DNA of 64,000 nucleotides from Fimicolochytrium jonesii (lineage: Eukaryota): the NCBI RefSeq assembly GCF_025526975.1, contig NW_026515668.1, positions 2,046,001 to 2,110,000 on the forward strand, given 5' to 3'. Shown piece by piece: positions 40,331 through 52,811 of this stretch (within the stretch, counting starts at the first letter, position 1; the number at the start of each line of letters is the position of its first letter). A program made the position numbers and the translations under genes. The notes beneath the pieces were generated by a model. That model ran no database searches. It had not been told where the DNA came from and saw only the letters and a list, made by a program, of their open reading frames with translations.

Positions 40331-43300
40331 TTACATGTTCTTCTGCACGCGCTTGAGCTCGTCGGGTGAGAAGTGGAGAAGCATGGCGAGGACCTGGAGG
40401 AGTTGGGCCTGAGAAAAGACACGGGAAGATACTTGTCAGCACACCACGGAACTCGAAATCGCGGCAACGAAGGTGAACCCTACCCTCTTATCCCTCGCCT
40501 CCAAAAACTTGAGCAGCACAGCCTTTAAGTACTCCTGATTCGGTTCCGGTAAGTCCTGCGCAGGCGTCGACTGTGGACTTTGCGCCGCCGCCGCGCTCCC
40601 AAACGCGCTGATGCTCGTCCCGCGTGCCGGCGGGAAGAACCCGCTGGCTCCCATGCCACCGCCAGCGTTATGACTATTGCCCAGATTGGAAGGCCGGGAC
40701 GTGTGCAACGACTCGCGGCGGCTGCCGACACTGTCGTCGGAGGCGATGGAGGTGATGGAGCCGTGGTGAGAGTGTCGCGGGGTGTGTAGGGAGCCGGAGG
40801 AGGAGGGGCGAGAGATGGGTGGTGGGGATTGCAGCCCGGCGCCGGGGGTGGTGGGTGTGAGGCCGAGGGCGGAGGATGATGCTGTGCGGGAGAGTTTGCG
40901 GACTTCGTCTTTCAGAGTCTGGGTGTTTAGGGGGGACGAGAGCCGTTATTACTCATGTTCCCATTATATACCAGCTGTGATGGCTGAAAGCAGCGCGAGA
41001 CTCGCCAGCGAGGTACCCGCAACTCACCTTATTCAGATTCTTCAGCTGGCCTTCTCGCACCCTCATATCCTCCAACAGCTTATCGCGATTAAGCAACGAC
41101 AGATCCGTCTGCTTCTTCAACTTCTCGCGCTCAGCCTCCAGCTGCTCCACTTTCGTCGCCAACTCCTTCTCCTTCAGCTTCCAATCCACCTCGCGCATAT
41201 CCCACTCCTTCATCTGCGTCTGCAACGCATCACGCTCAGCTGCGCGCTGCTCGCCCTCGGCTTTTAACCGCTCAAGCTGCGCGGAGATGGTAGCTGCTTC
41301 TGTCTGGGCGTCGGAAATCTCCCGCTTCAGGCGGTCGATCTCCTTGCCCTTCTCTACAAGATCCCGTTTCGCCTCCCGCGCGTCGCGCCGTAAAGCGTCA
41401 AGATCGCCTTCCACCTTCCCAGACGCCTGCGAGGCCTCATAAACCTGCGCTTCAAGCTCCGACACCCGTATCCGCAGCGAATCGTTCTCCGCCGATTTGC
41501 TCTGAAACAGCCGTTTGGAGGTCTCCAGCTCATGCTCCATATTAGCCATCCGCTCCTCAACCCCCGTCCACCTTCCAATCTCGCCCGACAGCTGCGCCTC
41601 TCTTGCCTCAAGCAACGACCTCGCCGAGTCCAGCTCCGCGTTCCGCATCTCCAGCTCCTCCCACGCCGCATCGCGTTCAGCACGCACGCGGGCTTCAGCG
41701 CTCTCCAATTCCTCCAATCGCGCCCGGATCTGCATCTTCTCAGCCGTAAACTCAATCCGCTGCCGTTCGAGCTCCGCGGCGCCTTCGTGTTGCCGTCGTA
41801 GCCGTGTCTGCATGTCCTCGATCTGCCGCGTCACGTTGGCGAGCTGCATGTCTTTCTCGCGGATCTCGCTGTCGCGCTGCTCTGTAAGCGCACGTATCTC
41901 GTCGTGCACGCCAGCGAGGGCCTCGTCTTTGCCCCGCGACTCGGCTTCGAGTTTCAGAATCCGCGCCTTGGATTGGCGGAGCAGCTGGATTGATTTAGCT
42001 TTCTTCTCCTCCTCTTCCTTCAATTGCATCCTCAACGACGCTATCTCGGACCCGAGATCGTTAACAGCCGCGTCGCGCTCATGCACGGCCTGTTTCGCGA
42101 ACGCCTGGTTCTCTTCAGAGGTATGCAGCCGCTGCTCGATCTCCGCCTTCTCCTGCTGAAGCCGCTTCTGCGTTTCTGTGAGGGTGTGTATCTCCTCCGT
42201 GAGCTGCGTCACCCGGTTCTCAAGCGCCGCCGCTGTCTCCGACACAGAGGCCGCGTCAGCTAGCTGCCTCTCGAGACTCTCCTTCTCCTCGCGCAATTGC
42301 TGGAGCTGCGCATCCTTCTCCGAAGCCGATGACAGCAAGCTCTGCAACTCGGTCGCGGAACTTGACGCAGCCCTGTATGCCTCCCTTGCCTCAACAAGCT
42401 GCGTCCGGAGCGTGCTCTCTTTGGCCTCCGCAGCCATAAGCTCACGAACCTTATCGCCGAAATCGTCCTGCACTTTATCGTATTGCGCCTGCAGCATATC
42501 CAATTGGCTCTGCAAATCCTTCGTCTCAGCTTGTGCGTCGATCGTCTCTTTGACTTTATCCGCGAAATCGTCCTGGACTTTATCATATTGCCCCTGCAAC
42601 ATATCCAATTGGCTCTGCAAATCCCTCGCCTCGGACTGCGCATCGATCGTCGCTTTGACATTCTCCGCAAACTCCTCCTGCACTTTATCGTACTGCCCCT
42701 GCAACACCGATAACTGGTTTTCAAGCATAGCGATACGTTGCTCCGCCTCGTTTCGAGATGCCGAGGCGGTGGACCGCGCCGCATCTTCCAACGTCTGCTT
42801 TTCGGTTTGCAGTGTCTGCAGTTGGCCATCCAGATCCCTCACCAAGTCGGTAAGCTCCCCCACCCGTGCCTCGCTCTCGGTCGCCGATTTCGAAGCACCA
42901 GCCGCGGCATCCGCCAACTGGGTCCTCAAAGCTTCCATCTCGCTTTGCAACCGCTCGCATTCCGCGATCTTGGCTTCAGCGTCCCTCAGCGAACCCTCAG
43001 CCTTCTCGTCGGCCGTCTTGACCGCGCGCTGCAGATCAGCAACCAAATTCTCCGATTCGTTCAGCTTGCTTTGCAACTCCTCGATTTTCGCTTGTGCTGT
43101 CTTGGCCGCTGTTTTGAGTTGGGTGATCTCGTTATTCGCGGTGAGGTTCGCGTTGCTGTTATGTCCACTGTTGTTGTTCGCGGCCTTGTTCTTTCCTTTC
43201 TTCCCTTTCGCACCGCTCTTCCCACTGCCCCCTACTTCATTCGGGGTCGTCGGCGTCGTCACCTCAACAGCAGTAACCGTCTCCTGCCGCGTCTGCAACT

Positions 43301-45924
43301 CAACCTCCAAATCCCTAATCTTGCGCTCCTTCTCCAACAAATCCGCCTGCAACGCAGAAAGCTGAACACCCACATCACCATTCTCCCGTGGCTTCGCACG
43401 CAGCGATTCGATCTCGCCCGTCAGAGTCGTGACCTGACCCTCCAGCTCCCCGATCCGCGTTTGCAGTTTCTCCCGCATCGCCTTCATGAGGTTCTGCAGA
43501 CGGTCGTGGTCTTTTTGGCTTTCCGAGGCTGCGGACTCGAGGTCGTTGACGCGGAGGGAGCTTTGGGTTTGTGCCTCGCGCAGGGATTGCAGCTCGGTAG
43601 TGGCGGATGCTAGTTCGCGCTCGTGGTGCTCTTGGCGGTCCGAAGCTGCGGATTCGAGGTCTTTGACGCGCAGGGAGCTCTGATGTTGCGCGTCGCGGAG
43701 GGATTGTAGCTCGGCGACTGAGGCGGCCAGATCCTTTTGTCGTTGCTCGGCAATGGATTCCAGGTCCTTCACGCGGAGGTCGCTTTGATGTAGTACCTCA
43801 CGTAAGGCCTGGAGCTCGGCGGTCGATGCGGCCAAAGCCTCGCGTGCCTCAACGGCGGCTTTTTCGGACGCAATTTCCATGGAGGACAACTGTTCCCGCG
43901 CGGCCGACAGGTCATCTCTACTGCGAGCCAGTTCAGCTTCCAGCTGCTCAATACGACTTTCGCGGTCAGCTATCCGCTGCTCCAGCACGCGTGCTTTCTC
44001 GTTATGCGTGTCTCCTTGTGTCTGCGCGGTAGCCAGTTCCGCTTGTATGCGCTCAAGCTCACCCAGAGATTCGGCGAGTTGTGTCTCGAGATCCCGGATC
44101 TGCGTCGACTCGGTCAGCGCATCAGCGGCTTTGACTTTGTCGGCGTTTTCCTCCGCTTTCCGCAAACGCGTCCGGTAATCTTCCAACTCTCGTTGCAATT
44201 CCGCAATCTGAAGTTGGAGATCGTCCCTCCCCTTAGCAAGCTCCTGCTGTTGCGCAAGCTGCTGCAGCAAATCCCCGTTACGAGCTTCAAGGTTGGTGAA
44301 TTTGCCCGTCTGCTCATTCAGCCGCTGCTCAAGATCCGTAACCTGTGTCGCCAGGCGATCTCTCTCTTTCACAACTTTTTTGCGTTCCGCTTTCGAAAGA
44401 TTGGCTTGTGTTGGTGAGGTGTCGTCTGTGGCGTCCGGGAGGGGTTTCTCACGCTGCAAGGCTTCGAACCGTTCCTGCCATGACGTCTTCTCAGTGGTTT
44501 GGTCCACCAAACGCTGTTCGAGGGTCTGAAGAGTCCCGTTCGCTTTGTCCAGATCCGTCTGTCGAGCGTTGATGGAGGATTCCAGTTCACTGACTCGGTC
44601 GCGCATATGGGCAACCTCCTTATCGGCCGTTTCTCTCAGATTTTCGGCGCGTGCCAGCATCTCGCGTAGACTTTGCTCATTGGCTGATTCTTCGGCGGGC
44701 TTTTGTGACGTCTCGGCATCCGCTGCTGCCCGTGCCTCGTCATTCAGAGATTTTTGGCTTTCCTCGCGAGCAGCGACAGACTCTGACAGTTGCTGGAACT
44801 TTTCCTTTGCAGCATCGCGCTCATCTTGCGCCCGCTTCAGCTGAGACGTAAGGTCGCGAATCTTCAATTTCAGATTGATCGACGACTCGTTGGTATTGAG
44901 GGAGTCATGCGATGGTGAGAATGCGGCGGAGAGGGTGTTGGAGTCCGGCAAGGGTGACGCTGGCGGCGTGTTGCTTTGCCGTTGCAGCGCGTGTTTCAGG
45001 CGATTGATTTCCTGCCAGGATCGAGAGTAGTAGAGGTGAGATTTGGTCGCGTCATCATGGAGCGAGATGCGGTGGTGCAGCGCCAATACCTCCTCTCGTT
45101 GCAGGAGTTTGCTTTGCAGGGCCACAAACATGTCCTGTTTTGTAGTTGATTCCAGCTCTTGAACCTCTTTGATTTCGCTGACTTGTCGGGATAGTCGGCC
45201 GATCTCGGCGGAAGATATCTTGAAGCAAAGCGAGAAGAGTAGGGATGAGTGAGTACATCGCACATAGAAACGCCCGAGAAGTCCTCCACGTCACCCAATA
45301 AACGATTCTTACATCTTGTTTTTCGCGCAATGACTTGAGATATGCATCAAACGCCTCCAGATCCGCGCTAGACGAGATCTTCTGCACTGGTGCGTTGGCG
45401 CTGATGACGGTCTCAATCTGCTGCAGCTTCCTCTGCAACGACTTGTAAACACGAGCGAGGTCCTGGAACTTGGCTTCGAATTTGCGCAGCCTCGCTAGCC
45501 GCTGTCCCATCTCGTTGACGTCCATGCTCAAGACCTGCTCGGGGGTCATGGATGACAGCGCTGGTTGTGATTGGTTGGCAAAAACGGTGCCGCCAGACCT
45601 TCCTGCACCTCCGCTCTGCCCTGGTGGTATGATGCTCGACGAGCGAGCACTCGAGTCTAGGGATGACCGTGGTTGTGGTTCGTCTGACGGCCCTTTGTCT
45701 TCTGAGAATCGTATCAGCTCCTCTGCTGGCGGTATTAAGGCCTGGTCCCTGAATCCATCGTCCGATAACCCATCGTCAAAGAAACTCGTGGCAGGTAGTT
45801 GGGTGGCCGTTGACGATCTTGCGAGGCTGCCTAGCGAGTCCATTCCTTGGTCTTTAATGGTCGTCTGGATGGTGCCAAGAGCATCACGGGAAGCCTGCAA
45901 GGCTTTGCTGAGGTTGGAGAACAT
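40331..45924 (-). CDS. GRIP-domain golgin (Imh1/golgin-97/245-like)
   Basis: More than 1400 aa of coiled coil; C-terminal NQEYLKAVLLKFLEARDKR..QLLQVLAMLLHFSPDE GRIP motif. Confidence 0.85.
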
Positions 45925-46575
45925 CGTGGAGACCCTTATCGAGGAGTTCCTCTCGTGTGCGCCCACTGGCAGGCGGTCGCTGCTCCGTGGATTTCAGTAT
46001 ATAAGCCCTATCTATGCAATATGTGTACCTCCACAATCTCGCTGTCGTGGGAATGTGGTTACGCCTCAAATCTCGCCGATTGTGACAACTTGACCTTGAT
46101 CGAGTCAACATGCGGCGGCGCGCCTCATTTGAACTTTGCGGATGGCTGGAAAAAAGAGATATTATACAGTCCCAACTCACGTGACTTTACTTAAACTGCC
46201 GTTGATGAAAACCCTGGGTACGCACCGAAATGCCAACAACGAACCAAATCCCTGGTAATGGCAAATGCGCCCCAAACACGAATTTGAAAGTCGCAACTCG
46301 CAAGTCCGAGACTCCGAGGCTTTTGACAAATGCGGCCTCACTGGGAGGGAAGAAGAGGCTCTTCCTGTGCGAACGACAATGATTTCAAGCTTGAGGGAGC
46401 TTCTCATTAGACCCATCCAATGCGAGCGATGTCAAAACGTTCTCCGAGTCCGGCTGAATTTCACATCAGCCAAACATGTCCCAAAGAGTTGGTCTGTTTG
46501 TCATACAAAACATACAAAACGTAAGGTGAAAGTGTTGTATCCCGCGCTCCACCCAGCATCTCGCACGCCAGCGTC

Positions 46576-47494
46576 ATGGCCTCCCTCGCCTATAAAAGCA
46601 GCCTGCGCCTTTCTCCAGCCCCCCGCCACTTCTCTCCACTCGCCTCCTACCGTTCCCACAACCTTCACTTCAAACGCACTTACGCTTCCGCACCCACTCC
46701 CAACAAAAACATGTCCGCTCCAGCCACTGAATTCCTCGATGCCGTCGCATCCCGTCGTACCATTTACACTCTCTCAAAGGACAGCACCATCTCCGATGCA
46801 CGCGTCGAGGAGATTGTGAAGCATGCGGTCAAGCACGTCCCCTCGTCCTTCAACTCGCAATCCTCCCGCACCGTTATTCTTTTCGCTGCTCACCACGACA
46901 AGCTGTGGGACATCACTAAGGAGATTCTGAAAACAATTGTCCCTGCTGAGGCTTTCCCCGCCACTGAGGCCAGGATCAACGGATTCAGGAACGCCCACGG
47001 CACTGTTCTGTTCTTCGAAGACAAGGATGACGTGAAGGCCATGCAGGGTAGGTGGAAGTGGACGAGCTAGCTCTCTGTCAATGTCCTCTCTGAGAGTTGA
47101 CGAATTCAACCTTACGACGCGCTTTTTACTTTCAGACAAGTTCCCCACCTACCAAGATCGCTTCCCCATCTGGGCTCAACACACTTCTGGAATGCTTCAA
47201 TTCGTCGTATGGGCCGCCCTTGAGAAGGAAGGCCTTGGAGCCAACCTTCAACATTATGCCCCGCTCATTGATGAGAGGGTCCGCTCTGTGAGTCATTGTA
47301 GCGTTTAATGTTGGCCTCCTCCGCTTGCCGAGGACCACGCCGCTTATCGATGTGTACTTTTTTGTCTTTCACAGGAATGGAATGTGCCCGTCACATGGGA
47401 ACTTGTCGCTCAAATGCCCTTCGGAAAGCCCACCGCTCCTGCTGGCGAGAAGCAGTTCAAACCCCTTGACGAGAGGGTCAAGGTTTTCCACTGA
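46576..47494 (+). CDS. Nitroreductase family protein (Frm2/Hbn1-like)
   Basis: SRRTIYTL, PSSFNSQSSR, GTVLFFED, GLGANLQHY, LVAQMPFG; two introns. Confidence 0.92.
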
Positions 47495-47943
47495 GCCGCT
47501 TCCACACTACGAACGGACTATGTCACCCATCGGCTGTTAGTAGAATAGACAGACAATGGAGATACGGCGCAGGGACCTTTTCGCGGACTATATTTTCATA
47601 GTTCACTCATTATCTATAAACAATACCAAACGCATTGCTTCATACTACGAAACCTCTTCTCTTTGCAAATGGGTGATCGACCTCCTCAGGGTGGACTAAC
47701 AGGCTTCCGGCCCTCGAACGAACACAGTGAAAGCATCAGTCCTTTACCGACGCCTTTGAGATCTGCACAAGAGAGGCACAGTTCGCAACGGAGCCTCTGG
47801 GCGTGAATGAAAAATAGAAACCAGCGAAGACCATGACATAAGAGCAATCCCTAGGAGAGAATGATCGGTCCCGACTTCTGATGCAGCGCGAGATCAGGCT
47901 TCAGAGGGTATATTATTCCAGATGTCCATAGATGCTTCTCTCA

Positions 47944-48826
47944 TCACCGCACCCCAACCCCATCCCGCCACCACTCCGCCACCACCTTGCGCACCTGCCC
48001 CCCAACCATCTCATCTCCACCGACAACGTCCACACAAGCCGCACTGTACGGCGGGTGGATCTTCACCGCGCCTCTCAGGATGCTAATCACATTCGGATCC
48101 GCCTGATCCCCTGCGTGGATGTTGTTCCTGTGTAGATGAGCTACCAGGCTGCGTCGTGCGGTTTCAATGTCAGTGTCGGTGTTGGTGGGGCTTGCTGAGA
48201 CTTGGCTTAGGAGCTTGGTGACTTGTAATTCGGTGAGTGGGGTGGGCCCACGGTCTGCGTATTGATCAGCTAGCGGAGAGAAGGGAGATGATGCGTGCGT
48301 TAACATCGCATGTTTGTCGCAGCAACAGATTGGGGGGAGAGAAAACGGGGAGGAGGGTCACTCCACCTTCGACACCGACGACGGCATGCCGCATGACGAT
48401 AATGAGTGAGTAGTCATCCTCGGCAAAGTTTGAATGATGGTTCCCACTGTTTTCCGCTTGGCCTGTACTGCCGCTGATTCTTTCATCCTCCTGCTCTACG
48501 AAACCCAGCTCCTGGCCTCCTCTTCCACCGTCCTCCAGTTCCCCCAAGTCCATCCCAACCCCGCCAAGCTGATGATCTGCATGGTCACTGTCTTCAACTT
48601 TCTCCTTCACCTAGAAAGCGTATGAACAGTGTTCAGGTTCATCGCCTAACCAAATTGTGCAGAATGCAGAATGTCAACTTCTAACCTGCGCGAGAATGAG
48701 GGTCAGAGTCTCAGGATCGACGTTGAGCAGGTAGCCATGGAGGGAATCTGCCTGGTTTAGACGGAGGATGATGGGATGGTGGAGGTGGCGGGCAAGCGTT
48801 AGGAAGGATATGACTACCTCGGCCAT
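47944..48826 (-). CDS. GEMIN6: Gemin6-like (Sm-like fold + AD domain), SMN complex
   Basis: HGYLLNVDPETLTLIL (Sm1), IIVMRHAVVGVE (Sm2), RRSLVAHLHRNNI...VKIHPPY...DEMVGGQVRKVV; matches the recalled Gemin6 pattern GWVLTTDPVSANIVL / IMGHAVQTVE / LEKNHI..TIDPPY. Confidence 0.72.
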
Positions 48827-49356
48827 GCGGTGGTGGCGCGGTGGGAAAGATTTCCACGTTTATCCCGGATTGATAGGCATTGCCAATGCCAGCTGATGCT
48901 TGGAAAGTGGGTTGAGGAAGGGCACTTTGCAAGACATTGGCGTCAGCTTTATCAGCTTCAAACAATAGGCCTATTCCTGCAATTTTCCCCGCTAAAACTC
49001 GTCAACAATGACAGAGCTCCAAAGCATTCTTCTTTGTGGAGAAAAGTGCTTCTTGGCGTAACACTCTTGTTGCGTGTGGGATTGGGTGCAAATTCGTCCA
49101 GCGTGTCAGCAGTGTTGGCAGTTGCTACCTTGACTGCCTTCTCCCGGATTGATAGGCATTGCCAATGCAACCTATTTGGCAGCTGATGCATCAAGGTGTT
49201 GCAAAGCTGTGAGCCTTGACCAGTCGATGCATTCTCCACCCTTCGAATGATACTCCAGCAATGCGCAGTGTCTGATGAGTTTGCACCCGCAACCGAGCAT
49301 GTGACTTTTAATTTTCGGGAACATGTTAGCCTATCCGCTACGCTGGAGGTTGATAT

Positions 49357-51411
49357 TTAATTTACTGCCCTAGTCTGCTCGTCAATCCACTCTCCATGCC
49401 GCTGCACAACCAACGGCACGATCCGGCTCTCAATCTCCACATGTGCGTCCAGTTCTGCCTGTGTGAGCGTGATCTCCGTCGTCGTCGTTTCTAATTGCTG
49501 CTCCGCCGAACTCGTCGATGCGGGTGTTTGTGATTGCCGCGCGTTGGCAGAGACGATCGAAACGGTCTTTTTGCGTGTTGCGAGGATGTTGCCGATGACG
49601 AGTTGGTGGTGGTAGGTCGCGAGGGCGCGGCGGGATTTGGAGTCGAGGATTGAGGGATCGGTTTCGAGCTGTGCGAAAGGAGTGAGTTGTACATGGGTCA
49701 ATCCGGGGCATTCAGCTCCGCCTTCGCTCTGCCCAACTCACCTTAAAAGAGATAATAAACCCTTTCTCAGCCCACCGATCCACCAACGGAAAGATAATCT
49801 TCGGCACCTGGTCCAACTTTAGATTCAGCTCACCGCCACTGCTCTGAATCTTATGTTCCGCCAGCTTGCCAGCCGGCACAAAGAAATCCGACACGGCCGC
49901 AGCGAGGTAGTACATGGCGTTGTGGCGCAGGTGCCGCGACATGGAGGTCGTGAAGCGCCGGAGGAGAAAGAGGTAGTCTTCGACGGTTACGAAGGGCTCC
50001 ATGATGAGGAGGTGGTCTTGTTTGGCGTGGTTGTAGTCGGAGAGGACGGTGCGCATGTGGTCGGTGTATTTGCTTTCGACTGGTGATTGTAAGGGAGATG
50101 GGGTTTGTTTGGAATGAGAATGAATCGTGCGGAAGCAGCGGGCAGTGTGCTTTTGCTGCTATTACTTACCGGTCAATGAACCGTCGGGCAAAACCTTCAT
50201 GTAATCCAGAAAGCAGTTCGTAGTATGCGAATAATGCCGACTATACGGCTGCAAGGAGAACTGGCGATGCATAAAGATCACCGCATAACCCGCCTCAATG
50301 AAGTACTCCGCCGACGTCGCGCCCCGTGTGCCCGCACTGAAGTTATCGATGAACCGCACGGTGTTGCGCTCGAGCGGGACCGTGGTACCACCGGAGGTGA
50401 CGAGAACGACGCGTCGGTTGGCCGCGGCGTGCAAAGCTACGAAGGCGTCGACGCGTTGGCCGGCTTCTTCGATGCCGGCTGGCGGTGGGGTCTCGCGAAA
50501 GAAGGACTCCCAGTCTTTCGATGCGGATGAGGAAGGTGGTGTTGTGCCGGTCGACGAAGGTTCATGTGGTGATGACGAACTACTGCCGTTGGTATCGCGT
50601 GACGGTGCCGTGTTTTGTTGAGACTGTCCATCAGACGGCGCCGCACCTGGGCCTGGTGGTGACGGATTTGCTTCCGACGGCGCAGTCGTATCCGAGAAGT
50701 GCGCCAGTTTGGGGGAGGCAATCAGATCCCTAACGAGGGCGGCAATCCGCTGTTCAACCAGCTGTTGGGTGGCTTCCACTTCATCCCCACCCATTACGCT
50801 GCTCGCTGAAGGTGGTGGGATATCCATAGAAATAAAGATCTGGATGCCGTGTTTCGTTGCTGAATCAAGATAATGTCAACATCGCAACAAACTGGATATG
50901 GGACACCATCGGCAGACTCACCAAGACGCTTTGCAAGGCGCTCATTCGGGTCGTCTCCACCCGTTGTAGCCAACAACGTCGTCGATGCCGCCGTCCTATC
51001 CTGAGGAGCGCAAAAGCCCGGTCAACATCTACACAGGCATTCTGACAATCTCAATAATCCCTCAAGCACCCCCGATCAAGCCGTAGTTGCAAGGTATCCT
51101 CCAATACCGTAACGTACATATCGCGTCGGCATGGCGACAGCCAACCCACTCAACTTTCCCATAGTATCCGGCGCCACCTCACCCTCCTCGCCCCTCCTGT
51201 GCGCCGGAACAGGCGTGTCCACTCCCGCCCACACAAAGAGAGCATCGTCCTTCATCCTGGTGATCTGGAAGTGCAGCGTCGTGCTTCCCTCGTTGTGCGT
51301 TTCGCTGGTCTGGTAGACTTGGAGATCAAAGGGCGGCGCTGGCGTTGCCGCTGAGGCCTGCTGCGGAACGGTAGGCGCTTCGTCGGGGGGTTGGAGCAGC
51401 GTTTGGGCCAT
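49357..51411 (-). CDS. CAB2: Fusion protein: N-terminal proteasome assembly chaperone 4 (PAC4/PSMG4) + C-terminal phosphopantothenate-cysteine ligase (PPCS/CAB2)
   Basis: Exons 51411-51118, 51000-50922 and 50859 onward give LHFQITRMKDDALFVWAG...LSGLAVAMP...ERLAKRLATKHGIQIFIS..LVEQRI (PAC4). These read without a stop into RVVLVTSGGTTVPLERNTVRFIDNFSAGTRGATSAEYF...YLAAAVSDFF...KIQS...SFKLETD (PPCS). Confidence 0.82.
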
Positions 51412-52181
51412 GGTGGGTAATGTACCGAACTGGTCTGCAGAAGGCTGCTCTGAAAAAGAGGGGATTAAGTAGACTTTTTGGGAGGACCGAAATAAATGCC
51501 AATGCCTTGCCATACCTTTTCCCTTGGATGGAGACGCCAGTGGTTAGCCTGAGGGAGAGGCCACCTTTCAGGCATAAAAGGATGCGGGTTCTGGAATGGG
51601 AGCTGCGTCCCCCTCTTGAGAATTCGGGCGTCTCAAAGGCCAAGACAACAGGTGAGATTTTCGGAGACCTAACCTCATTTTTCCTACGTGTTGGACTAAG
51701 TGAGGTGACTCTACGTAACAGACAACTTCTCTATGATCTTGAATTACTCAGTGCCGCAAGTCCACCCCACTCTCCTTGCACTACCGTCGACAAGTCGTAA
51801 GCCGCCGAGTCATGTTTTAGGGTAGATAGTTCTATCACCCAGGTAATTACAATAGGATAGTAGGATAGACGCCATGGCTCGCGAGTACTTCACGTCTATG
51901 TGTGTGTGTGGGGTATGGGCTCGTCGGTAGTTTCCGTACAATCAGTCTCTACCCCTGCCCCAAAAATCCGCATGGAGATGGTTCTACATCACAGCTTCGA
52001 CTCCTAACAAACGATCGAACACATGTGGCGGCAATCGCATATCTCCCACCCATATCCTTCGTTATGTTCGGTAGATGGATCAATTACAGGCAGGGTTGCG
52101 TATGTGAGGGAGACATTTCCAGGCGAGGGAGGCGAGGAGCGGAACGTGGGTGGGTGTTGGTGAGTCGGCGGGGTGAGTGAA

Positions 52182-52529
52182 CTAGATCAGCTTCGGGAGT
52201 TTCTGGTCCTCGCCCGGCTGTGAGCGAAACAAATAGGTCCACGGTCAGTGGGTTGTTCCCAACACACACCAACATCCCCTCAAATCCCACGCTGTCCACC
52301 CTCAACTCTTCTTCTCTTTTCCGGAACCCTACTCCTATCCCCCAAAACTCACCACAACACCCTCCCTCCCCTGCAATTCCCTCGCCTTGGCGGCCTTGTT
52401 GGCGCGGTACCCGATATTGAAGAACATGCTGGCGGTGTTGAGCAGCAGTAAGGCGGAGGCGCCGATGAGGAAGCCGCCGACGGTTTTGTGCAGGATGTTG
52501 GCGGCGCGGGTTGACTTTTGCGGGTTCAT
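52182..52529 (-). CDS. COX14: Small single-pass membrane protein, Cox14-like
   Basis: MNPQKSTRAANILHKTVGGFLIGASALLLL resembles yeast Cox14 (TRVTDTLHRLTVLTLVGG); one intron; last exon PGEDQKLPKLI*. Confidence 0.5.
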
Positions 52530-52811
52530 TTTTTGCGGTATTGTGGATGGGAATGGGGACTTGGGGTTCCGTTGGAAAAGGCCACTGGGGGGAAAACTCG
52601 GGAAACGCGCGCAAGGTCCCAAGTTCAAGTGAGACCTGTGGGAAAGCGTCCTTCCTGGAAGTGGCTCGAGGAAGTCTCACGGACGGCACTTTGCAGCTTT
52701 ATCAGCTTCAAACAACTATTACCCAAGTGACAACCAAGTTGGCATTACGTTCTCCCACGAGCAGGAACCCATTACCATTCTCGCTCAGTCCACCGCCCAA
52801 ACCCATAGCTC

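Noticed and set aside
36375..43613. Long antisense ORFs (36375-37433, 41515-42159, 42178-43365, 42738-43613)
   Set aside because: Shadow frames of GC-rich coding sequence on the opposite strand (MCCC1, golgin); no domain signal.
50640..50690. 2A-like ribosome-skipping site in the PAC4-PPCS linker (EANPSPPGP)
   Set aside because: Does not match the D(V/I)ExNPGP consensus.
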